Both the position numbers and the translations under genes were made by a program. A stretch of DNA of 32,000 bases, from NCBI GenBank assembly GCA_031316235.1, contig JALDRA010000001.1:210001-242000 (forward strand), in the 5' to 3' direction. This stretch comes from Candidatus Scalindua sp. (lineage in GTDB: Bacteria; Planctomycetota; Brocadiia; Brocadiales; Scalinduaceae). Under the pieces are notes generated by a model. That model was not told the DNA's origin, did no database searches, and saw only the letters and a list, made by a program, of their open reading frames with translations. Positions within the stretch are counted from its first letter, which is position 1; every line of letters starts with the position of its first letter. Positions 8,520-15,753 of the stretch are shown here, one piece after another.

Positions 8520-9663
8520 AGGCATTCTTAATTTCCACTACCACTCTTTCTAATTCATCATCCGTAATGCTCGTGGAACATGGAATTGCCAGACAGGTTT
8601 TAAGGAGTTCTTCGCAAGCATCAGAATCAGTGACAACATACAGACAATCATGATACATTGGTAATTTATTCATTGGCATCCAGAAAGGACGAGAAATGAT
8701 TTTATTATCATTTAAATGTTTTAATAATTTGGTTTGATGGTTGGTCTTTATTGTAAAAAGCCAATTATTGTGATCAACATCATCTAATACCGTTTGAAAT
8801 CCAATGTCTCCGACTCCACTGAGATGCTCTTTATAGAAAGCGCCAATTTCTTTTTTCCGTCTGACAAAAGAGTCTAAGACTTCCATTTGAGCCACTCCTA
8901 TTGCAGCAAGAACGTTAACCATCCGGTAATTATATCCAATTTCATCATGATAATAACTCATTGGATTAACCTTGGCCGTTGTCGTAATATGCTTTGCCTT
9001 TTTTGCCAACAACTCATCATCCGACACGATAACACCCCCACCACCGGTGGAGATTATTTTATTTCCATTAAAGCTGAAACAACCCATTAGACCAAATGTC
9101 CCGGAATGTTTACTTTTATACGTAGTGCCAAGAGCCTCAGCAGCATCTTCGATTATTAATAAATTATGTTGATCAGCAATTCTTATCAACCTATCCATGT
9201 CAGTCATGTTACCTTGTACATGCACCGGCATTATGACTCTTATGCACCTGCCATCATCCTTAAGAATACAATCTCCTTTTAGATTCCCATACGTTTCCTT
9301 CGTCAGAAACTCTTCTAACAGATCCAAATTCATTTGCCAGTTATTCAAATCAACATCGATCAAAATAGGGTCTGCGCCGGTATATTTAACAGAATTCGCC
9401 GTAGCAACAAAGGTGATATTTGGAATAATTACATAATCATTCCGTTTTACTCCTGACAGTTGTAAGGAAATATGAAGCGCACAAGTTCCATTAACCGTTG
9501 CAACACCAAATTTTGCGCCAACATAATCAGCTACCATTTCTTCAAATTTGCCGACAAAGCCTCCGGCCGATGATATCCATCCAGTATCAAGGCAATCTTT
9601 CACATATTCCCATTCATTTCCCGAAATATTAGGGACTGACAGCGGAATTAACTTATTATTCAT
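8512..9663 (-). CDS. DegT/DnrJ/EryC1/StrS-family PLP sugar aminotransferase (PglE/LegC-like)
   Basis: IPLSVPNISGNEWEYVKDCLDTGWISSAGGFVGKFEE at the N-terminus. The Lys-containing block is CFSFNGNKIISTGGGGVI. Length is 383 aa. Confidence 0.85.
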   Translation of the reverse strand: MNNKLIPLSVPNISGNEWEYVKDCLDTGWISSAGGFVGKFEEMVADYVGAKFGVATVNGTCALHISLQLSGVKRNDYVIIPNITFVATANSVKYTGADPILIDVDLNNWQMNLDLLEEFLTKETYGNLKGDCILKDDGRCIRVIMPVHVQGNMTDMDRLIRIADQHNLLIIEDAAEALGTTYKSKHSGTFGLMGCFSFNGNKIISTGGGGVIVSDDELLAKKAKHITTTAKVNPMSYYHDEIGYNYRMVNVLAAIGVAQMEVLDSFVRRKKEIGAFYKEHLSGVGDIGFQTVLDDVDHNNWLFTIKTNHQTKLLKHLNDNKIISRPFWMPMNKLPMYHDCLYVVTDSDACEELLKTCLAIPCSTSITDDELERVVVEIKNALY

Positions 9664-9750
9664 GCTTTCCTGTCAAAAAATGATTCTTCGTGTTGAAGTC
9701 CTGACTGAACAAACTTTATACAATTCAAGTATATTAAATATCAGCGTTTT

Positions 9751-9923
9751 CCAGTTAGGTTTTTGCGTGTTTTATTTATTGTCCCAAAGTTGTCATTCCC
9801 GCATGTTTTAAGCGGGAATCTAGGATGAACAATCCTCTGGATACCCGATAAGCTTGTCATCGAGTGATTATATCGAGGAAGCGTTCGGGTATGACAAAAA
9901 CGTATACGCAAAAACCTAACCGG
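9751..9923. mobile_element. Second GTCATTCCCGC-core element, with different outer inverted repeats
   Basis: The core at 9791-9899 shares three blocks with 4776-4858: a 30-mer with 1 mismatch, a 16-mer with 2, a 17-mer with 1. Outer IR is CCAGTTAGGTTTTTGCGT (9751-9768) vs ACGCAAAAACCTAACCGG (9906-9923), 17/18 complementary. Confidence 0.75.
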
Positions 9924-9985
9924 ACACTAATTATTAAATATGAGAAAAGTATTGATTTTACTAATTTCATAAGGCATTGTTGCAG

Positions 9986-10209
9986 TTAATCAATTACCCT
10001 CCCCGGATTACCGACTACTGTTTTACAATCCAGTATTCGTGTTCAACAATAACTCCTGAGTTTATAATTGCACAGCGTTGGATTGTAGCCAACGAGTTGA
10101 CTATAGCATTGGCACCTAGCATAACTCCACCATGTAGAATTTACTTCTCAGATATTGAACAAGCCACCGGTGGTAATAGAGCGTAGCAGAATATTCGTTC
10201 GGTGTAGCA
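9986..10209 (-). pseudogene. C-terminal left-handed-beta-helix (hexapeptide) remnant of a NeuD/PglD-type sugar N-acetyltransferase
   Basis: Hand translation gives FCYALLPPVACSISEK*ILHGGVMLGANAIVNSLATIQRCAIINSGVIVEHEYWIVKQ*, then after a 1-nt shift VVGNPGRVID*. It shows hexad periodicity, the CIINTGAIVEHD-like block and the terminal VVGNPARVI-like motif. There is an internal TAA at 10141-10143, and about 55-60 aa between the two blocks are missing. Confidence 0.6.
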
Positions 10210-10214
10210 TCATA

Positions 10215-10895
10215 CTAGACGATACTTTCGGTTTTCAGCTCAAACACATGGCCGCCAATCTTAATAGTTGGCTGGAAAACATCATAGCTAGTTGCTCTCA
10301 CACGCCTTTCTATTTCTTCTGAGGTCATAGTTGGTTTGATCTCACACAATTCGTGGAACTCTTTTCTAGAAAATGGCTTTCGAGTCCATTTTTCTTTCGA
10401 CGATGGTAAGGGTTCGTTTCTCAGTATGTGTCCTACGATTTCATAGAAAAGGACTAATTGATAGTCATAGGTTCGGATAAGAAGTGAGTTGACATCATCA
10501 TTTGGAAAAACCGAGAATCGTTTAACAGCAACAATGGTGCCCGTATCAACCTTGGTAGCAATATGATGACATGTAACCCCATATTCCTCTGAACACTCGT
10601 ACAAAGCAAAATTATTGCAACCGATACCTGGATACTCTGGTGAAGCAGGGTGAATATTTATTGCCGCAACTTTGGCTCTTTTAATTAGGTACTCCGGGAC
10701 GATCCACCTTGAGAGATACGAAATTATATAATCACCGTCCCAACATCCTATGTCTTTGGGTAACGGATCACCCCACACACCAAGATACGCTGAAACATCA
10801 GAAAAATTATTCTTAATGAATTTAAGGGCTTTTGAGCAATGTTCGTCCTTTTTCTTACCGAGAAACAAAATTGAGCAGTTCATTTTGTTTGTCAT
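10215..10895 (-). CDS. Formyltransferase-family protein, probable sugar N-formyltransferase
   Basis: Formyl_trans_N-like core: AAINIHPASPEYPGIG supplies the Asn/His and KVDTGTIVAVKRF supplies the Asp. At ~226 aa it is similar in size to stand-alone sugar N-formyltransferases. It sits between a dehydratase and an aminotransferase. Confidence 0.65.
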   Translation of the reverse strand: MTNKMNCSILFLGKKKDEHCSKALKFIKNNFSDVSAYLGVWGDPLPKDIGCWDGDYIISYLSRWIVPEYLIKRAKVAAINIHPASPEYPGIGCNNFALYECSEEYGVTCHHIATKVDTGTIVAVKRFSVFPNDDVNSLLIRTYDYQLVLFYEIVGHILRNEPLPSSKEKWTRKPFSRKEFHELCEIKPTMTSEEIERRVRATSYDVFQPTIKIGGHVFELKTESIV

Positions 10896-11324
10896 GAGTT
10901 ATCCTTTTTATAAGAGTTAGCCAGGCACTGGAGTGACAGGAATTTAACATATTTACAACATTATTATTCTTTAAAAAATTATATACATCCTCTCTTATAA
11001 GCCTGTTGCACAAACCCAAAACCAGCCGTTTTTCATGCTTCATATAGCAGGGAGTGCCAGTAGCACACACATCATATTGATCACATTTTGGTTTGTGCAA
11101 CAGGCTATTATATGATAATTTCCAATGTCGATAAAGTAATCACTGGTCTGTAAAATTTGATTTGATAATCCGTCTCTTTCTGATCCCAGGTATTTTAAAT
11201 TATACGGGTTTTCTTGTTTTTCCGTTTTATCAAAATATCCTGTTACCTTTAAACCCATTGATTTAAAAATATCGCATACTACATACGCATGACCTGAGTA
11301 ACCGATGAGAAAAATGTCTTTCAT
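10855..11324 (-). pseudogene. N-terminal domain of a NeuD/PglD-type acetyltransferase, interrupted by a MITE and lacking its hexapeptide domain
   Basis: MKDIFLIGYSGHAYVVCDIFKSMGLKVTGYFDK...YFIDIGNYH matches the NeuD-family N-domain (IIGAGGHAKVV.D......G...VGF.DD...IGNN.IR). The frame breaks at the 108-bp insert. After removing it the reading is IGNYHIREDVYNFLKNNN. The ORF then runs into the formyltransferase start. Confidence 0.6.
11000..11107. mobile_element. 108-bp MITE with 17-bp perfect TIRs and a 5-bp TTATA target-site duplication
   Basis: AGCCTGTTGCACAAACC (11000-11016) is the exact reverse complement of GGTTTGTGCAACAGGCT (11090-11106). TTATA lies at 10995-10999 and 11108-11112. Deleting 107 or 113 bp restores the acetyltransferase frame. 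Confidence 0.8.
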
Positions 11325-11511
11325 TTAAGTGGATCGAATTAGTGTTTTCTGGCGTGGACGGGTGCAACGTTGCATAAGAACTACTTTTTTTCCTCTCGCC
11401 AAGACGCCAGGAACGCAAAGAGTAATGACTTCTCTCTTTTAATTTACTTTTATGTTTTTCTTCGCGCTCTTAGCGGCTCTGCGTGAGACTATTCTTTTTC
11501 ACTGAATCGAA

Positions 11512-12714
11512 TCACATTTTCTGATCTAAATTCTTTCCTGTTTCAATGTGCTGTAAAGACAGCACGACCTTACAGAACTCATCAACAATATGATCTTTAT
11601 TTATATTCTTTTTGGTTTTTAAGCTTTTTGCAAATGAGATAAAGTTTAATAGGCAATCTTTATCCATTTCTGCTTGTAATGACTTAATTATCCCCACATT
11701 TTGAAAACGATCAAAATTAATTATGTCACTTGTAGTATAGAATTCTTCAAAATCCTTTTCACCCGAGGTATCTGTTTTAAAGAAATAACAAGGCCACTGT
11801 TTATTCTTAATAAGCTCAGGTGCTTTCCTTTTTGCTTCCCCTTCTGATTCACACTCAAAGGGATCGAAACCATTTTGTTTTAAAAAATTTCTCGCAATAT
11901 CTGCAAAAGTTTCTTCATTTAAGCCCTGCTCTAACTTTGGAAAAAAGATATCACCATTATCGCCTAATATACAGGACAAAAGACATAATTGAGATGCTTC
12001 CTTGTGGGAAATAAAATATCTTTTTACATCATAAGGGGCAGATATTGCCTGTTGTTTTTTTAAACGATTAATAAAGCCAAATGGAAGGCTTCCATCTGAA
12101 AATGCAACATTTGCGAATCTGGCAGTTGAATAACGGTGCAGTGTCGAATGATATCGCAACACCTCTTCCATAACCATTTTACTTGCTCCCATTAAATTTG
12201 CAGGATTAGCGGCTTTATCAGAGGAGACGGAAAAGAAATTTCTGATTTTATACGGTAGATTTTCTAAAAAATCGTGCAGGAATAAAACATTAGTATCGAG
12301 CATCCGAATCAGACAATAAATATCTTTCTCCGAGCGAACATGTTTAATGGCACAAAAGTTAAGAACATAATCAAAGGAGAGAGACTCTTCGAAGTATCTC
12401 ATAAATTCCTGACTTCCAAATCCAATAGGGAGCGTTGAAAAATCCTCCGGAACACGTAAACCAGCACATGAACGAATGTCTCTAACAACCTCAACCAGGT
12501 TATTCTCGCTTAGATCGATCAGGGCCAATCCTTTTGGATTGAACTCAAGTATCGTCTTCACAACAGCTGAGCCAATTGAACCCGCAGCGCCAATAATTGC
12601 AACTCTGGCGTTCTTCAGGTTATCATTAATTGCCTTGTAATTGTTGGCGATATCTTCTTCAAATAAAGAAGCGGCTCTGCCAGTCACCATTTCTTCGTAA
12701 TCAAATAAATTCAT
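11512..12714 (-). CDS. CapD/PglF-like polysaccharide biosynthesis protein (NDP-sugar 4,6-dehydratase family)
   Basis: Rossmann motif VAIIGAAGSIGSAVV. The SSDKAANPANLMGASKMVMEE block corresponds to the STDKAV.P.N.MGA.K..AE signature of Polysacc_synt_2. Confidence 0.75.
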   Translation of the reverse strand: MNLFDYEEMVTGRAASLFEEDIANNYKAINDNLKNARVAIIGAAGSIGSAVVKTILEFNPKGLALIDLSENNLVEVVRDIRSCAGLRVPEDFSTLPIGFGSQEFMRYFEESLSFDYVLNFCAIKHVRSEKDIYCLIRMLDTNVLFLHDFLENLPYKIRNFFSVSSDKAANPANLMGASKMVMEEVLRYHSTLHRYSTARFANVAFSDGSLPFGFINRLKKQQAISAPYDVKRYFISHKEASQLCLLSCILGDNGDIFFPKLEQGLNEETFADIARNFLKQNGFDPFECESEGEAKRKAPELIKNKQWPCYFFKTDTSGEKDFEEFYTTSDIINFDRFQNVGIIKSLQAEMDKDCLLNFISFAKSLKTKKNINKDHIVDEFCKVVLSLQHIETGKNLDQKM

Positions 12715-12920
12715 GCATCTAACTTTTTAAGGTTGCCACAGTGCACAGGGACGAAACAGGAAAAATAATATAGAAACAGATACTTAGCCACAGAGGATAG
12801 TAGAGTAGAGAACAGGCGTAGTAGCTACAGGCTGTAGTTTGTGTTCACTGTTTCTCACCCTTTCGTCTGTGAGTGCCACAATATTACAACCATACCATAT
12901 TACCAACTCCCCCTCGTCAA

Positions 12921-12952
12921 ACCGTGCATGCGGTTTTCCCGCACACGGCTTT
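12921..12952 (-). ncRNA. Group II intron domain V
   Basis: The minus strand reads AAGCCGTGTGCGGGAAAACCGCATGCACGGTTT. It has the AGC triad, a GAAA tetraloop and a 2-nt bulge in the 3' strand, which is the canonical catalytic hairpin. Confidence 0.85.
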
Positions 12953-12985
12953 CCGACAGTCTTCATCTCAAGTATTCACAGGTAG

Positions 12986-14317
12986 TCAAATAAGCGCGTA
13001 TTTTGAGGGGTCGATTAGTCCGTATCTACTTACTAAGACCTTACATGCTCCTTGATTATAGAGCTTGCACTTGCGTTGACTTTTCCTCTTATAATATCTC
13101 GCCAATTTCTCTCTGAGATAATACCGGAGGTTTCTCTTCGCCTTGCCTGGATACGTTACTCCTTTTATTGAGAAATAATTAATCCAGCCTCTTATTATTG
13201 TATTCAAATCATTAGCTACATCTTGCGGAGGTTTATGCCCATTGTGCCACAGATACTCTCTTATCTTTTCCCTAACTTTCTTTTGAGATTTACAGCTTGG
13301 CTCAACGTTCCAATACTTCCTAAGCTTTCTACCAAGCACATCATCGTCAAACCTGAAAGTATGGCCAAGAAAGTCAAAGCTCTCATCAAAGGCATTTACT
13401 ATATTACTCTTATCCTCGTTAAGCTTTAGCTTCATCCTCTTTAGCAGTTTATTAAGGTCGTCAAGTGCTCTCTGCGGAATTCGTTTTGCCATCAATACCC
13501 AATCATCGCAATAACGAATGATCTTGATTCCACTTTGATAGAATGCACCACCCTCTCTGTTCACTGCTTTATCGAGCAAATGAAGATAAATGTTTGCTAA
13601 TAATGGTGAAATTACTCCCCCCTGCGGTGTTCCGAGCTTGTTTTTCTTCCCACCTGTAAGTCTGCCGTTCTCCATCACTGGCGCTTTTAACCACATTTTT
13701 ATAAGGTGCAGTACATTTTTGTCGCTTATCCTCTTGCCTACCAGCGTTAACAGTTCCTTATGTGGAATCGTGTCGAAGTAGGCGCTCAGGTCAGCATCAA
13801 AAATATCACACTTTCCTAGCCTCAGATTCTTCTTGATTTCCGTTACAGCACCTTTGGCTGAACGTTTCGGTCGAAAACCATAAGAGCTGTCTTCAAAATC
13901 CGCCTCAAAGATCGGTTCTATTACAAGCTTTACCGCCATCTGTAGTATCCTGTCTTTTATCACAGGAATTCCCAATGGACGAGTTTTGCTGTTGGCTTTA
14001 GCTATATACACTCTTAGTACCGGCTGTGGTTTATAGGTTCTGTTTTCAAGTTCCTCTACTATTTCAGCAAGGAACTTGTCTACTCCATATATTTCCACAT
14101 CCTCAAATGTCTTCCCATCTACTCCGGCGCTTCCTCTATTGGCTTTACAGCGCTTGTAGGATTCTCTTAGAAAATGAGGCAGTCTCACCTTGTCATACAA
14201 TACATAAAAACGAAATGTTTCCTCCTGTTTGGCTTTTTGATATAGTTTACGCTGAAAATCTCGGACTTTTTCCTTATCGCTCATTTGCGATTTAGGTCTT
14301 GTTTGTAGGTCGCCCAA
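12986..14317 (-). CDS. Group II intron reverse transcriptase/maturase
   Basis: RGSAGVDGKTFEDV, RPLGIPVIKDRILQMAVKLVIEPIFEADF, SYGFRPKRSAKGAV, DADLSAYFDTIPH, GTPQGGVISPLLANIYL, and IIRYCDDWVLMA (a YCDD variant of YADD). Maturase X block RGWINYFS. No HNH/En domain after it. Confidence 0.9.
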   Translation of the reverse strand: MGDLQTRPKSQMSDKEKVRDFQRKLYQKAKQEETFRFYVLYDKVRLPHFLRESYKRCKANRGSAGVDGKTFEDVEIYGVDKFLAEIVEELENRTYKPQPVLRVYIAKANSKTRPLGIPVIKDRILQMAVKLVIEPIFEADFEDSSYGFRPKRSAKGAVTEIKKNLRLGKCDIFDADLSAYFDTIPHKELLTLVGKRISDKNVLHLIKMWLKAPVMENGRLTGGKKNKLGTPQGGVISPLLANIYLHLLDKAVNREGGAFYQSGIKIIRYCDDWVLMAKRIPQRALDDLNKLLKRMKLKLNEDKSNIVNAFDESFDFLGHTFRFDDDVLGRKLRKYWNVEPSCKSQKKVREKIREYLWHNGHKPPQDVANDLNTIIRGWINYFSIKGVTYPGKAKRNLRYYLREKLARYYKRKSQRKCKLYNQGACKVLVSRYGLIDPSKYALI

Positions 14318-14882
14318 TACAATATCCTCTTTTCTTTGTAAACACTAACTGAAGTAATGCCCCTTCGCTCCTGTGAAGTTATAGTGTCTTCACTATCATC
14401 ACTACTATGAGCATCTCCGACTTCTCATTATCCCACAATACTTTTCGGCTAGCCTTATAGTATTCCGTTACGGTCATCAGCCTGAATAATGAGACCTCCC
14501 ATGTTCATACATATACCGTTTACAAGCATACCATCACTCATAACTCCGACGATCCCACATACCTTTGTACCGTTTTATTTCGTATGCAGTTACAGGTTTC
14601 GCCATCTCCGGGAGGCTCACCAATCGCATTGGTGTAACGAAGCCAGCGTGTTCGCTTTCGCTACGGTCTGCCTGTTTGCTTACAGGGAACTTGGATGCAC
14701 TCATCGCTGATTACACCCTCCCACGAAACTTACCGTTTCTTTGGCTACCGTCCGAACGGTCAATTGACGGGTTGGAATTTCACCAACTGACATATGTACG
14801 CCTCATGGCGTACCAGAGAGCACAGAGAAATAAAACATAGTAACAAAAACTTAGCCACCGATTACAATAAACCAACCATGTG

Positions 14883-14996
14883 TTACGTCTTACGCCCTAT
14901 GGCTTACGTCTTACGTCTTACGTCTTAAGACATACAACTTACCACTTACCACTTAGGACCTACCACTTATAACTTATATGACTTACGGCCTACGGC
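14883..14996. repeat. Heptanucleotide tandem array, consensus TTAC(G/C)(T/A)C
   Basis: 14 units in unbroken phase at 14883-14980: TTACGTC TTACGCC CTATGGC TTACGTC TTACGTC TTACGTC TTAAGAC ATACAAC TTACCAC TTACCAC TTAGGAC CTACCAC TTATAAC TTATATG. After a 2-nt slip come TTACGGC CTACGGC. Confidence 0.95.
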
Positions 14997-15010
14997 TTAT
15001 AAAAGCAATT

Positions 15011-15051
15011 CTCTGTGTACTTTGTGGCAACGAAATAGTCCGCCGAAGGCG
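15011..15051 (+). repeat. 41-bp post-stop-codon repeat, copy A
   Basis: CTCTGTGTACTTTGTGGCAACGAAATAGTCCGCCGAAGGCG matches 15702-15742 at about 35/41 positions. It lies 6 nt 3' (in the minus-strand sense) of the stop at 15057. Confidence 0.85.
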
Positions 15052-15056
15052 CTACT

Positions 15057-15401
15057 TTAAAGCATTTCTTCAGTATTAATGGACGTTACAAACCTGCCTC
15101 CATGGATAGTTACTTCTATTGGAACATCAAGAATCAGATAGATCTCCGGAAAGTTCTTTTTTATGCCCGTCCACTGACCGAAAGATAAGTAAGTGGGCAT
15201 ATCCGGTGAGAGATAAGCCACATGATCATAATGGTCCGTATAGAGAAAAAAGAAATCTCCCTCTTCAACCTTTGGGTTTTCATAGGGGCATGCTTTCATA
15301 TATCGAACAGGACCGTTAGCGTGACAGAGCCCAATTACAATCAGTAATGCTAAACAGAAGACAACAAGAGCAATCTTTACATCATTAACAAAATGAGACA
15401 T
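15057..15401 (-). CDS. Hypothetical small membrane-anchored or secreted protein
   Basis: Start moved to ATG 15401 (MSHFVNDVKIALVVFCLALLIVIGLCHANG, a signal/anchor-like segment). No recognisable family. The gene is bracketed by the 41-bp repeats. Confidence 0.45.
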   Translation of the reverse strand: MSHFVNDVKIALVVFCLALLIVIGLCHANGPVRYMKACPYENPKVEEGDFFFLYTDHYDHVAYLSPDMPTYLSFGQWTGIKKNFPEIYLILDVPIEVTIHGGRFVTSINTEEML

Positions 15402-15701
15402 TTTAAAGAAGTTTATAAAATTTGATTTAACCAAATATGCTATGTACCAAAAAGACTTCATTAAATTTATTGTATAGGTAATTTCCATTCTAATCCGTGA
15501 CAACACATAGGTTATGCAAAAATAGTTTCTTTTTTTGCCACAGAGGATACAGAGATCTCAGAGAATTGCTTTTATATTGAAGTTTTCAGGCTTTGAAAAG
15601 GTCTTCAAATTATAACCATTTTTGGAATTTCTGAGACGTAAGTGTTCAGGATAAAATAACAAGTTGTTTCTTCCCGAAGCCTAACTCTTTTTCTCTGTGC
15701 T

Positions 15702-15742
15702 CTCTGTGTACTCTGTGGCTAAGAAATAGTCCGCTGAACGGG
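15702..15742 (+). repeat. 41-bp post-stop-codon repeat, copy B
   Basis: CTCTGTGTACTCTGTGGCTAAGAAATAGTCCGCTGAACGGG lies 12 nt 3' (in the minus-strand sense) of the glycosyltransferase stop at 15754. Confidence 0.85.
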
Positions 15743-15753
15743 AAGGCGGTAAT

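Larger units (their letters stand above)
12800..14813 (-). mobile_element. Group II intron (endonuclease-less type); boundaries approximate
   Basis: RT/maturase ORF, with a canonical domain V 3' of it and ~500 nt of structured non-coding RNA 5' of it. The 5' end is tentatively the minus-strand GTACG just after CTCTCTG (near 14813). The 3' end is not resolved and lies somewhere in 12797-12890. Confidence 0.8.

Noticed and set aside
12784-13055. Track ORFs 12784..12966 (-) and 12873..13055 (+)
   Set aside because: They cover intron domains V/VI and the RT 3' end. Domain V RNA structure explains the sequence and no protein family resemblance is seen.
12986-14317. Reverse transcriptase as a retron, DRT or Abi-type defence RT
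   Set aside because: The maturase X domain, a canonical domain V 30 nt downstream of the ORF and ~500 nt of upstream structured RNA identify it as a group II intron ORF.
14489-14840. Track ORFs 14489..14710 and 14565..14840 (+)
   Set aside because: They are antisense to the structured 5' part (domains I-III) of the group II intron, with no protein-like features.
14883-14996. Possibility that the tandem arrays are CRISPR
   Set aside because: The units are 7 nt with no unique spacers between them, there are no 24-40-bp repeats, and no cas genes are in the window.
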